The position numbers and the translations under genes were made by a program. 64,000 nt of DNA from Bryobacterales bacterium (GTDB taxonomy: Bacteria; Acidobacteriota; Terriglobia; Bryobacterales; Bryobacteraceae), in NCBI GenBank assembly GCA_003152325.1, contig PLZX01000060.1, positions 14,534-78,533 of the forward strand, in the 5' to 3' direction. Shown here piece by piece: positions 34,900 to 43,107 of this stretch (the stretch's first letter is position 1; every line of letters starts with the position of its first letter). Under the pieces are notes generated by a model, which worked only from the letters and a program-made list of their open reading frames with translations, was not told the DNA's origin and ran no database searches.

Positions 34900-35784
34900 T
34901 CAGGCCTTCGAGTACTTGGCGATCGCATCTTTGACAATCTTGTGATGCACCTGGACGACCTCGAAGGAGTTCTGGTATTCGCCCAGTTCCCCGCCCTCGA
35001 ACTCAGTTGACATCCAACCCTTGAATCCGAGCTTGAGCAGAAGTTCCGTAATCTTGTCGAACGGAACCGCGGGAATCGTACCCTTCTCGGCCCAGTGAAA
35101 TTTCCCGTGCATGTGCATCATCCACGGCGCAACATCCACCAGGCGCTCGTAGTCCGCCGCCGGGATGCGTTGAGGACTCTGTCCCCCGCCTTCTCCACGG
35201 CCTCCGGTTCCCGGCGCTGGACCCGCCGGACCCTTTCCTCCGCGCTCCTTTCTCCGGTCTTCAAACATGTTGCAGTCCGGATTGAAGCCCAGCCATTCCG
35301 AGTTGATCCGCTTCACGGTTTCGACCATCGTGCCTTCGGGATTCATGAGGTTGCTTCCCGAAGTGATCTCCACCGCCAACTTCACCTTCATCTTCTCTGC
35401 TACCGGCGCCAATCTCTCCAGCAACGGATCACACCCCGGCGTCTGGATGCGGCAGAGCGGAAAACCCAATTTCTTCGTGGTCTGCATCTGGAGAATGTGA
35501 AAATCGAAGCGATCATCCAGATCCACCACGATGGCGGCTTCCGAGTACGCACCATACTGCGTGGGGGTCAACTCCCAACGCTCGCAGCCGCTCTTGAAGG
35601 CGCGCTCAAACTCGTTGGAGAGTCCCGGCCAACAGCGGTGGTGCATCGGTCCCACGATCTCGACGCCCTTGTCGCCTCCCGTCATCGAGGCCAGTTGCAT
35701 GCAGTCTTCGAAGGACCACTCATGATTAAGGTATTCGAGCTGCAAGCTGTATAGCGAAGCGCCAACCTTAAATGTGTTTGCCAT
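34900..35784 (-). CDS. a10: xylose isomerase-like TIM-barrel protein without signal; the His of the E-x-H motif is replaced
   Basis: Start at ATG 35784 (MANTFKVGASLYSL), after GGGAGGA. VEITSG where the other nine a proteins have E(I/L/V/F)H. Other motifs FNPDCNMF, HMHGKFHWA, STEFEG. Carries a G/P-rich insert KERGGKGPAGPAPGTGGRGEGGGQSP. Confidence 0.75.
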   Translation of the reverse strand: MANTFKVGASLYSLQLEYLNHEWSFEDCMQLASMTGGDKGVEIVGPMHHRCWPGLSNEFERAFKSGCERWELTPTQYGAYSEAAIVVDLDDRFDFHILQMQTTKKLGFPLCRIQTPGCDPLLERLAPVAEKMKVKLAVEITSGSNLMNPEGTMVETVKRINSEWLGFNPDCNMFEDRRKERGGKGPAGPAPGTGGRGEGGGQSPQRIPAADYERLVDVAPWMMHMHGKFHWAEKGTIPAVPFDKITELLLKLGFKGWMSTEFEGGELGEYQNSFEVVQVHHKIVKDAIAKYSKA

Positions 35785-35801
35785 ATTTTCCTCCCATTGC
35801 C

Positions 35802-36443
35802 TCAAAGAGCGAGATACGCTACTTCATCCGAGATTTTCAAACGCTCCTTGGCGCCATTTGTCGCCGTTCCAGCGTTGTAAGTGTTGGCATAGTTGTAGTC
35901 CACCGCCACTTCATGCTCTCCCGGCGAAATACTTCCTGGGACGAAAAGAGTTGCCCAGTCGAACACCCACCATTGCATGCCCAGAAGGTTTTTCAACTCG
36001 CTCGGCTTGTAGGCAGTGTTGTTGTACACAAAGATCATTGTGTTAGGGTCCACCGCCTTCCCGTCCAGAGACACGGTGAGATCTTTGACCGTATAGATGG
36101 GGATGCCGCGGTAGCCAGTCGGCTTGATCTGCACGGACCACCCGGCTTGCTTCTTGAACTTGGCGATCTTGATGCCCTCTTGCACATTGATGAGGCTGGT
36201 CAGCCGATGCTGGCCGCCGGTAGGGGCGCCAGCCAGAGCGTTGGCATCGCCGCCTCTCGTGAGCCGCTTCGGCAGCCATTCCAGCGGTGACCTTGCCGGC
36301 ACGCGCGCTCCACCAGTCGACGTCGCCTTGCTTGCCGCGCTCTGAGCGAAGCCGCTCGACGCCATGGCGCCGCCGCCAAGGGCTCCCGCGGTCAGGATCA
36401 AGGCCCTTCGGCTGATTCGACTTGTTCTTAGATACTCAGGCAT
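35802..36443 (-). CDS. b10: small partner protein carrying a Tat signal
   Basis: 213 aa. MPEYLRTSRISRRALILTAGALGGGAMASSGFAQSA. C-terminal domain ...GWSVQIKPTGYRGIPIYTVKDLTVSLDGKAVDP...SPGEHEVAV is alignable with b9. Confidence 0.6.
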   Translation of the reverse strand: MPEYLRTSRISRRALILTAGALGGGAMASSGFAQSAASKATSTGGARVPARSPLEWLPKRLTRGGDANALAGAPTGGQHRLTSLINVQEGIKIAKFKKQAGWSVQIKPTGYRGIPIYTVKDLTVSLDGKAVDPNTMIFVYNNTAYKPSELKNLLGMQWWVFDWATLFVPGSISPGEHEVAVDYNYANTYNAGTATNGAKERLKISDEVAYLAL

Positions 36444-36536
36444 TTCTTCCCCTTTTTCCTATGAATGGGACACCACCCGCTGTCAGCTTGGGGAGAGCAT
36501 CCCTGTTGAACCATGACCACGTCGCGTCTATGCGAC

Positions 36537-36570
36537 CGAGACCGGAGGCCCTAGGCGGCCGCCGGTCTCG
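36537..36570 (-). terminator. hairpin downstream of the TonB receptor gene (weak terminator candidate)
   Basis: cgagaccgg (36537..36545) pairs with ccggtctcg (36562..36570), a 9-bp stem with a 16-nt loop. No clear U-tract. Confidence 0.3.
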
Positions 36571-36595
36571 GTGTACATCGGTTTTACGTCGGTTG

Positions 36596-39500
36596 CTAGA
36601 AAATCAACTTGAGCGCAAATTGGAGCTGGCGCGGAATTGCAAAGGTATTCGTGCCGGTGATCTGTCCGAAAGCCCCCGCTGTGCTTGGAGCACCGCTGGA
36701 GGTATAGGAGGAAACAGCGGCGTTCGGTGTGCCGAAATTAGGTGTGTTGCTAATGTTGTAACCTTCGGCGCGGAACTGCAGCCTCACGGATTCCTTGATC
36801 TGGAAATCCTTAAAGAAAGAGAGGTCCAGGTGCCGGTACGGCGGCATGAAGAAGGCCATCTCCCCTTCGTTCCCCGCCGTCCCGAACGCCTGCTGCCGGA
36901 ACTGCGTGATGTCAAACCACTCGCCGGGGCCTTGGTTGAAGCTGGAAGCCGGTACGAGATCCATCCGTTCGCCGGAAGCGGTGTTGTTCTGGTTGTTGCG
37001 GCTGTCGGTAACGGTGAAGGGGATACCGGTCGAATAGACGTAGATCGTGTTGATCTGCCAACCCTTGGCAAGCACTCCCTCGACGCCTTTCAGATTCTGG
37101 CCGAACGGCAGCGAATAGCTGGCGGAGAATGTGAACCGGTGGCGCACCATGTACATGTTGTGGCCGTAATCGCGACCAAAATCGTTGACTACTTGCGTGC
37201 AGGAGCCGCAGGCGCCGCCCGGCCCGCCCGTATCAGACAGGTTGCTGGTGTAGGTGTAGTTGGAAGAAATCGACAGGCCTTTGCTCAAACTCCGCCTGAA
37301 CTCCACTTCAAGTGCATTGTAGTTGACGATCCCGTTGCTTTCCAGCAACTGAACCGCCGTGACCAGCGGTATCGAGCTGTAGTAAGGCTGGCAGGGGCTG
37401 GGAAGGCTCAGAGTTGTGGTGACGCCACATCCACCGCGCCCCAGCGGCGGCACCGGCAGGTTGACGTTGGCGACCACGCGGCCCAGGTTGCGAGTATATT
37501 GGCCGACGAAGCCGGCGCTGATGACGTTGCCGGCGATTTCCTTCTCCAGCGTAAGGTTCGCCATATAGACCGAGGCCCATCTGAAATTTTGAGCAATGGC
37601 GTTGGGCACGGACTTGGTACCGGTGGCGCCGCAACTGGCCACCAGGCAGGTCGAATCGGGGGCTAACGACGGCGCCGCGGTCCATCCCGCCAGGGCGTTC
37701 GTCGCGTTGTAGATGACTGTGGCGCTGGAGGTGTTGGGCGCGTTCTTCATTGACGCCGGGGAGGCCTGGTTGGTGGGGAAGTACGACATGCCGAAGCCGC
37801 CGCGCAGTACCATCCCATGCCCCAACGTCGCGGCAACGCCAATGCGCGGTTGGAAGTCGTGGAACTCTGTTTTCAATCCGACACTGGCGCCGTATCCGCC
37901 CGCGCCGGCCACCTGGACCATCCCGCTCGCCAGCATAGCGGCATTGGTCGGGTCAAAGTCGGAAATATTGTTGTGCTTCTCGTGGCTTGGCGTGAAGACG
38001 TCCCAGCGGAGTCCCAGATTCACAGTGAGCCAATGTGTGGCACGCCAGTCGTCCTGGATGAATTCTCCGAATTCGTTCGCCCGATACTGAGGCGCAGTCA
38101 AACTCATGTTGCGCGTGAATTGGAAGGGATCGCCCTCCAGCATTGCCGCAAAATCGTTGCCCGGTCCACTGCTCCCTTGGAACGAATACCTGGCCTTGAA
38201 CAGTTGTTGCTTAACGCTCCAGTCGCGGTGAATCAAGGTCGTGCCGACCTTAATGGAGTGCGCCCCTTTGGTCCAATTCAGGCTTGCGGAATACTGCTCG
38301 GTGGTGTCAAAGTATGCGGTCGGGAGGGCAAACTGGTCCCCCAGGCCAACATAGTCTCCGTCGTTGAAAGCCAGGAGCGCCAGGCCGTCGGTTCCGAATG
38401 CAGAACCGTTGATGTTGGCGGGGCCGCCAAACGCATTGTTGACAGCCTTGCCTGCGTTGAGCGTCTCCGAATCGGTCACGTAGCGGGAAAGTTGGCCGCC
38501 GAGTTGCAGGATCAGGCTCGGCGACAAGATGTGTGTATAGCCCAGCGTCAAGGCCTGCTGGCGCTGTTCCGCCGTGCCCGGAAATGTGGTGTTAAAGTTC
38601 ACACCGGTACCTTGCACCAACATTCCGGCCACGTTTACGGCCGGAATATTGCCTGCATTGGTGGTGGTGGTCTGATTGACGGAGTAGCGCCCGAAGAAGG
38701 TATTCTTATCGTTTATGTGGTAGTCGACGCGGGCGTCGCCCGTGTGGGCGAACTGGGTGCCGATCGGGCTGGATCGGTACAAACACGTGGTTCCCGTGCA
38801 AGCGGAAGACGGCAGCGAAGGATACAGGGCCGCATAATCCTGCGAAACCTGGTTGATGGAAGTCAACGGGATGATGTTGTTCGGCAAGGGAGTCCCGGAG
38901 ACAGTGTTGATCTGCTTGGTCAGGTCGGAGAAGTTCCCGAGCTGGGTGATCCCGTTGCAAGCGGCCCGGCCCAGTTCGCATGCGGTAGGAATCAGATCCG
39001 CCGCGGTGCTTGCCTGGATTCTGCGGAAACCTTCGTAATCCACGAAGAAGAACAGCTTGTCTTTCCGGATGGGGCCACCGAAGCTGCCGCCAAACTGGTT
39101 CTGCCGGAATTCCGGCTTTACGCCGGCCAGGGGGTTGCCGGCTTGCGGGATGTTGAAAAAGTTCTTGGCGTCGAACTTGTCGTTGCGCAGGAACTCAAAC
39201 AGCGATCCGTGGAACTTATTCGCTCCGGACTTGGTGATTTCGTTGACCACCGCGCCGCCCGCCCGGCCGACCGATGCCGGATACAGGCTGGTTTGAACCT
39301 GCACTTCGGCCAACCCGTCGATGGAAGGCTTCACGATTACCGTGCCGATGGCCCGCTCGTTGTTGTCCATGCCGTCCAGCAGGAAGTTGTTGGCGGAGTC
39401 GTTCTGCCCGTTGGCAGAGACCGTGGAAGTCTGGCGCCGGTCGTCGGGGCGGGCGCCGCCGCCGAGCGAACTCTGGTTGGACTCATTGATGCCAGCGCCG

Positions 39501-39982
39501 ATTTGCACCAGGGTGATGAAGTTGCGCCCGTTGGCGGGCAAATCCTGAACCGCCGCGCTTGAAACGGACGAGCCGACCGCCGCGCTGTCGGTTTGCAGAG
39601 CGATTGTCTGCTCTGCGACTTCCACTGATTGAGTGATTTCGCCTACCTGCATCTTGCCGTCGACGCGAACTCGATCGCCGGCCGTCAGCGCGACGCCGGT
39701 GTCAACGAACTTCTTAAAACCGGCAGCCTCGATGGTGACGGAATAGTTCCCGATTGGCAACAACGTGAACGCGAAGTCGCCAGCGGAACTTGTCGGCATG
39801 GTGCGCTTCGCACCCGTGCCGAGGTTTGTAACGGTGACAGTAGCCGTGGTCATTACGGCACCTGAGTTATCGGTTACGGTGCCCACGATATCCGCGGTGG
39901 CCTGCGCCAAGAGGCTAGTGGAGCAGAGCAGCAGCGCGCAAAACGTAACCAATAAAAGGAAAGCTCGATGTCTGACTAACAT
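36596..39982 (-). CDS. TonB-dependent receptor with N-terminal carboxypeptidase-regulatory-like domain
   Basis: 1128 aa. Signal MLVRHRAFLLLVTFCALLLCSTSLLAQA. GTVTDNSGAVMTTATVTVTN...AGDFAFTLLPIGNYSVTIEAAGFK (CarbopepD_reg-like). C-terminal FALKLIF with a terminal aromatic residue. Confidence 0.85.
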   Translation of the reverse strand: MLVRHRAFLLLVTFCALLLCSTSLLAQATADIVGTVTDNSGAVMTTATVTVTNLGTGAKRTMPTSSAGDFAFTLLPIGNYSVTIEAAGFKKFVDTGVALTAGDRVRVDGKMQVGEITQSVEVAEQTIALQTDSAAVGSSVSSAAVQDLPANGRNFITLVQIGAGINESNQSSLGGGARPDDRRQTSTVSANGQNDSANNFLLDGMDNNERAIGTVIVKPSIDGLAEVQVQTSLYPASVGRAGGAVVNEITKSGANKFHGSLFEFLRNDKFDAKNFFNIPQAGNPLAGVKPEFRQNQFGGSFGGPIRKDKLFFFVDYEGFRRIQASTAADLIPTACELGRAACNGITQLGNFSDLTKQINTVSGTPLPNNIIPLTSINQVSQDYAALYPSLPSSACTGTTCLYRSSPIGTQFAHTGDARVDYHINDKNTFFGRYSVNQTTTTNAGNIPAVNVAGMLVQGTGVNFNTTFPGTAEQRQQALTLGYTHILSPSLILQLGGQLSRYVTDSETLNAGKAVNNAFGGPANINGSAFGTDGLALLAFNDGDYVGLGDQFALPTAYFDTTEQYSASLNWTKGAHSIKVGTTLIHRDWSVKQQLFKARYSFQGSSGPGNDFAAMLEGDPFQFTRNMSLTAPQYRANEFGEFIQDDWRATHWLTVNLGLRWDVFTPSHEKHNNISDFDPTNAAMLASGMVQVAGAGGYGASVGLKTEFHDFQPRIGVAATLGHGMVLRGGFGMSYFPTNQASPASMKNAPNTSSATVIYNATNALAGWTAAPSLAPDSTCLVASCGATGTKSVPNAIAQNFRWASVYMANLTLEKEIAGNVISAGFVGQYTRNLGRVVANVNLPVPPLGRGGCGVTTTLSLPSPCQPYYSSIPLVTAVQLLESNGIVNYNALEVEFRRSLSKGLSISSNYTYTSNLSDTGGPGGACGSCTQVVNDFGRDYGHNMYMVRHRFTFSASYSLPFGQNLKGVEGVLAKGWQINTIYVYSTGIPFTVTDSRNNQNNTASGERMDLVPASSFNQGPGEWFDITQFRQQAFGTAGNEGEMAFFMPPYRHLDLSFFKDFQIKESVRLQFRAEGYNISNTPNFGTPNAAVSSYTSSGAPSTAGAFGQITGTNTFAIPRQLQFALKLIF

Positions 39983-40076
39983 GGTCCAACTCCCATTTCC
40001 GGCCCTGCTTTTGCGGGCCGAATCCAGTCTTTTGGTCTGAACTACGTGCCGAGACCGGCACCCCTATGTTCCACCA

Positions 40077-40089
40077 TACGATACATGCG
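40077..40089 (-). promoter_or_regulatory. candidate operator box CGCATGTATCGTA (gene orientation) upstream of the TonB receptor
   Basis: Lies 94 nt upstream of ATG 39982. Shares the 9-mer CGCATGTAT with 22375..22383 (upstream of b1). Shares GTATCGTA with 12139..12146 and 58890..58897. Confidence 0.3.
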
Positions 40090-40767
40090 ATCCGTTTTAG
40101 GATACACCAGGAATCAATTTCTGTACAGAGGAAATTGCGGACAAAGGCTGCTCCGTGACCCTGGGGCTTCGATAACCACCCTGAATACTTCCTTCCTAAG
40201 AAGCTTGAAGCTGCTTCGCCGGCAACCCCCGTTGGTTGCAGGCTAAGGCCCTGAACTTTTTATATCTAAAGGCATTTTGCGCTGGATGAGTGCAACGGAC
40301 AAGGTGTCCTACGGGAGTTTGTGAAGGAGGCGGATTTTGGTTCGGGGCGTTGCAGTTACAGCTGACTAAGGCCGGTCGGGACACGTACCGAGACGTTCTG
40401 AACGGTAACGCACGGGTGATACAGGGTGTGGCGGATCGCGGCGGGGCGGCGCGGATTGGCGGCTAGCAGAGAGAGATTTGAGCAGTTCACCCTTTAGAAC
40501 TAAAGAGATATGAATATCCATTGCCAACAAGGGCCTGCCGGCGCTCTCAGAGGCGCTCAACTGAGGGTTGACTCTCCTACGTACCTTGCGCCCGAAACCT
40601 AATGCCCGCAGAATTGGCTTGAGGCTTAGGAACGAAGCCGAATCGCACTAAATTGTAAAGACTCGAGTTCCAGTCGAGTCTTCGTTTCCATGGCTCAGGG
40701 CGGAAATCGCCTCTGCCGTTGCCCAGTGACCCCGTTTTGAGTCGCTTTCCGAGTCGAGGAGCACCTA

Positions 40768-42114
40768 ATGTTGCCAGATTATCTCGCAAAGGCAGTCCCG
40801 AATCCCGTTAGCAAGCGCGCTCCCTGGTATACCAACACGGCACCCAGCTATGCCGGGATTTTTCTTTGGATCGCATTTTACAAGACGATTGCCACTGGGA
40901 CCATCACCCAGGCGGGGGTCGGTCTGTGCCTGACGGCATTAGTGGTGGCTGCCGTGCTCTGCTACTTCCTCTACTACCGGGTGCCGGCGACGTTGGGCAT
41001 GAGCACAGGCTATCCCCTTTATGTCGTCGGGAGTTCCACCTTCGGCACCAAGGGCGGATACTTCATGCCGGGGTTGTTGATGGGACTTCTGCAGATCGGC
41101 TGGTTCGCCATCGCCACTCTGGTGTCCGCTGATTTCATCCTGAAGGGACTCGGCATTGATGCCCAGCCCGGCAGTATGCCGTTCATCATTACGGGGGTGG
41201 TGTGGGGGCTGGTGTTCGCCTGGGTGGGCGCGAAAGGGATTCAGTACGTTTCAAAAGTCGCCCTGCTACTGAATGCCATCCCCTTGCTGATGCTGCTGGT
41301 GGTGCTGTTCCAGACCGCGGGAGGGATAGGAAATTACCGGGTTCCGGCAGGACATGAGAACGCGTTTGGCGGCTTCACCACCATGATCGCGATCGTCGCC
41401 GGCTTCTTTGCAACGGCAGGCGCGGCGGGCGCGGACTTCGGAATGAACGCGCGGCACAAGACCGATGTCAAATGGGGCGGACTGGTGGGCGTCACGCTGG
41501 CCGCGATTATCGCCGGCGGACTACCGCTGATCACCATCGCGGGCGCGCATGGCGCAAATCCGGCACTGGCCGGCTTCGACTACGACAACATTCTGCAATC
41601 CATCGGCGGGCCGATTGCGGCGGCCATGTTCTTCCTGTTTGCGATCGCATCAATTCCACCTACGTGCTTCTGCATCTTTATCGCAGGCAACAGCTTCTCT
41701 ACTATGATCCCGGGCGTCCCGCGGGTGGCGTCGTCGATGGCGGCAGCGTTTGTGGGCATCATTCTGGCGGTTACGGGGATCGCGGCGAATCTGGCGTCGT
41801 TCTTCACCATTGTGGGGGCATCGTTCGGACCGATTTGCGGCGCGATGACGGCGGATTATCTACTCTCTGGACGACGCTGGGCGGGACCGAGGCAGGGCGT
41901 GAACCTGGCCGGATACCTGGCCTGGGCATTGGGCTTCATTGTGGGAATCCTGCCATTCCTTCCGCTGCCGGCGGAGGTGAAGCCGTACCTGCAACCGGCG
42001 GTGATCTACAGTTACATCACAGGATTCGTTGTGTACGCCGTGCTGGCGAAGGCCGGCCTGGAGCCGAAAGCCGCACCCATGACGGAACCGGTCCCGGCTG
42101 CCAGCCACGCTTAG
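40768..42114 (+). CDS. NCS1-type (purine-cytosine permease-like) transporter
   Basis: 448 aa, about 12 TM. N-terminal PWYTNTAPSYAGIFLWIAF and the overall layout resemble the CodB/CytX-like NCS1 family. GAGGA RBS. Confidence 0.55.
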   Translation: MLPDYLAKAVPNPVSKRAPWYTNTAPSYAGIFLWIAFYKTIATGTITQAGVGLCLTALVVAAVLCYFLYYRVPATLGMSTGYPLYVVGSSTFGTKGGYFMPGLLMGLLQIGWFAIATLVSADFILKGLGIDAQPGSMPFIITGVVWGLVFAWVGAKGIQYVSKVALLLNAIPLLMLLVVLFQTAGGIGNYRVPAGHENAFGGFTTMIAIVAGFFATAGAAGADFGMNARHKTDVKWGGLVGVTLAAIIAGGLPLITIAGAHGANPALAGFDYDNILQSIGGPIAAAMFFLFAIASIPPTCFCIFIAGNSFSTMIPGVPRVASSMAAAFVGIILAVTGIAANLASFFTIVGASFGPICGAMTADYLLSGRRWAGPRQGVNLAGYLAWALGFIVGILPFLPLPAEVKPYLQPAVIYSYITGFVVYAVLAKAGLEPKAAPMTEPVPAASHA

Positions 42115-42138
42115 GCGAGCAAGAAATAGGAGGATATT

Positions 42139-43098
42139 TTGAGAATCGGTGTCTTTACTCCACTGTTGTCGCAGCTTCCGCTTGAGGACGTGCTGACAAA
42201 ACTGGCGTCGCTTCAGATCCAGACCGTCGAACTCGGTACGGGCAATTATCCCGGCGACGCTCACTGCAAATTGTCCATGCTGGACAAGGCAGACGAGTTG
42301 GCTGTCTTCCAGGCGAAGCTGGCTGATCGTGGTTGTATGATCAGCGCGCTCAGCAGCCACGGCAATCCTCTTCATCCGGACGCGGATCGCGCGAAACACG
42401 ATCAGGAAGTTTCGCGGAAGACCATCCTGCTGGCTGAAAAGCTCGGGATCCCGGTGGTGGTCGATTTCTCCGGTTGCCCCGGCGATTCGCCGAAGGCGAA
42501 GTGGCCTAACTGGGTGACCTGTCCGTGGCCGCCGGATTATCTGGAGATTCTGAAGTGGCAGTGGGACGAAGTGGTTGCTCCCTACTGGACTGCGCATGCC
42601 AAGTTCGCAGCCGACCACGGCGTCAAAATTGCCATCGAGATGCATCCCGGTTTCGTGGTCTATAGCCCCGAGACCATGTTGAAGCTCATCTCCATCACAG
42701 GACCGTCGGTGGGCTGCAATTACGATCCAAGCCATATGTTCTGGCAGGGCATCGACCCGATCGCCGCGATTCGCGTTCTGGGCAACACGATTCTGCACGT
42801 GCACGCGAAAGACACACAGATGTATCCCGTCAACCTGCCCAAAACCGGTGTACTCGACACCAAACCTTATACGGACGAACGCAATCGCGGCTGGATCTTC
42901 CGGACGTGCGGCTACGGACACGGTGAAGAATGGTGGAGGGAATTCGTTTCCACGCTGCGCATGTTTGGCTATGACTATGCTCTCTCCATCGAGCACGAAG
43001 ACAGCCTGCTCTCCCCCGAAGAAGGCCTGCGGAAGGCAGCCACGTTCCTGCAGCAGATTGTGATTCGCGAACAGGCCGCTGCGGCCTGGTGGGTCTAA
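42139..43098 (+). CDS. sugar phosphate isomerase/epimerase (xylose isomerase-like TIM barrel), cytoplasmic, unpaired
   Basis: 319 aa, TTG start. Motifs IAIEMHPG, YDPSHMFWQG, HVHAKD, LSIEHED. No small partner gene upstream. Confidence 0.85.
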   Translation: MRIGVFTPLLSQLPLEDVLTKLASLQIQTVELGTGNYPGDAHCKLSMLDKADELAVFQAKLADRGCMISALSSHGNPLHPDADRAKHDQEVSRKTILLAEKLGIPVVVDFSGCPGDSPKAKWPNWVTCPWPPDYLEILKWQWDEVVAPYWTAHAKFAADHGVKIAIEMHPGFVVYSPETMLKLISITGPSVGCNYDPSHMFWQGIDPIAAIRVLGNTILHVHAKDTQMYPVNLPKTGVLDTKPYTDERNRGWIFRTCGYGHGEEWWREFVSTLRMFGYDYALSIEHEDSLLSPEEGLRKAATFLQQIVIREQAAAAWWV

Positions 43099-43107
43099 GG
43101 AACGGCG

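Noticed and set aside
36422-39562. 414-aa and 581-aa + strand ORFs (36422..37666, 37817..39562)
   Set aside because: They lie antisense to the TonB-dependent receptor, which is unambiguous from its signal, CarbopepD_reg-like domain and C-terminal aromatic residue.
40560-40767. Riboswitch (TPP or purine) in front of the NCS1 permease
   Set aside because: I found no CUGAGA / ACCUGAUCUGGAUAAUGCCAGCG-type TPP core and no purine-riboswitch junction sequences. Only a generic hairpin is present, and it is reported separately at low interest.
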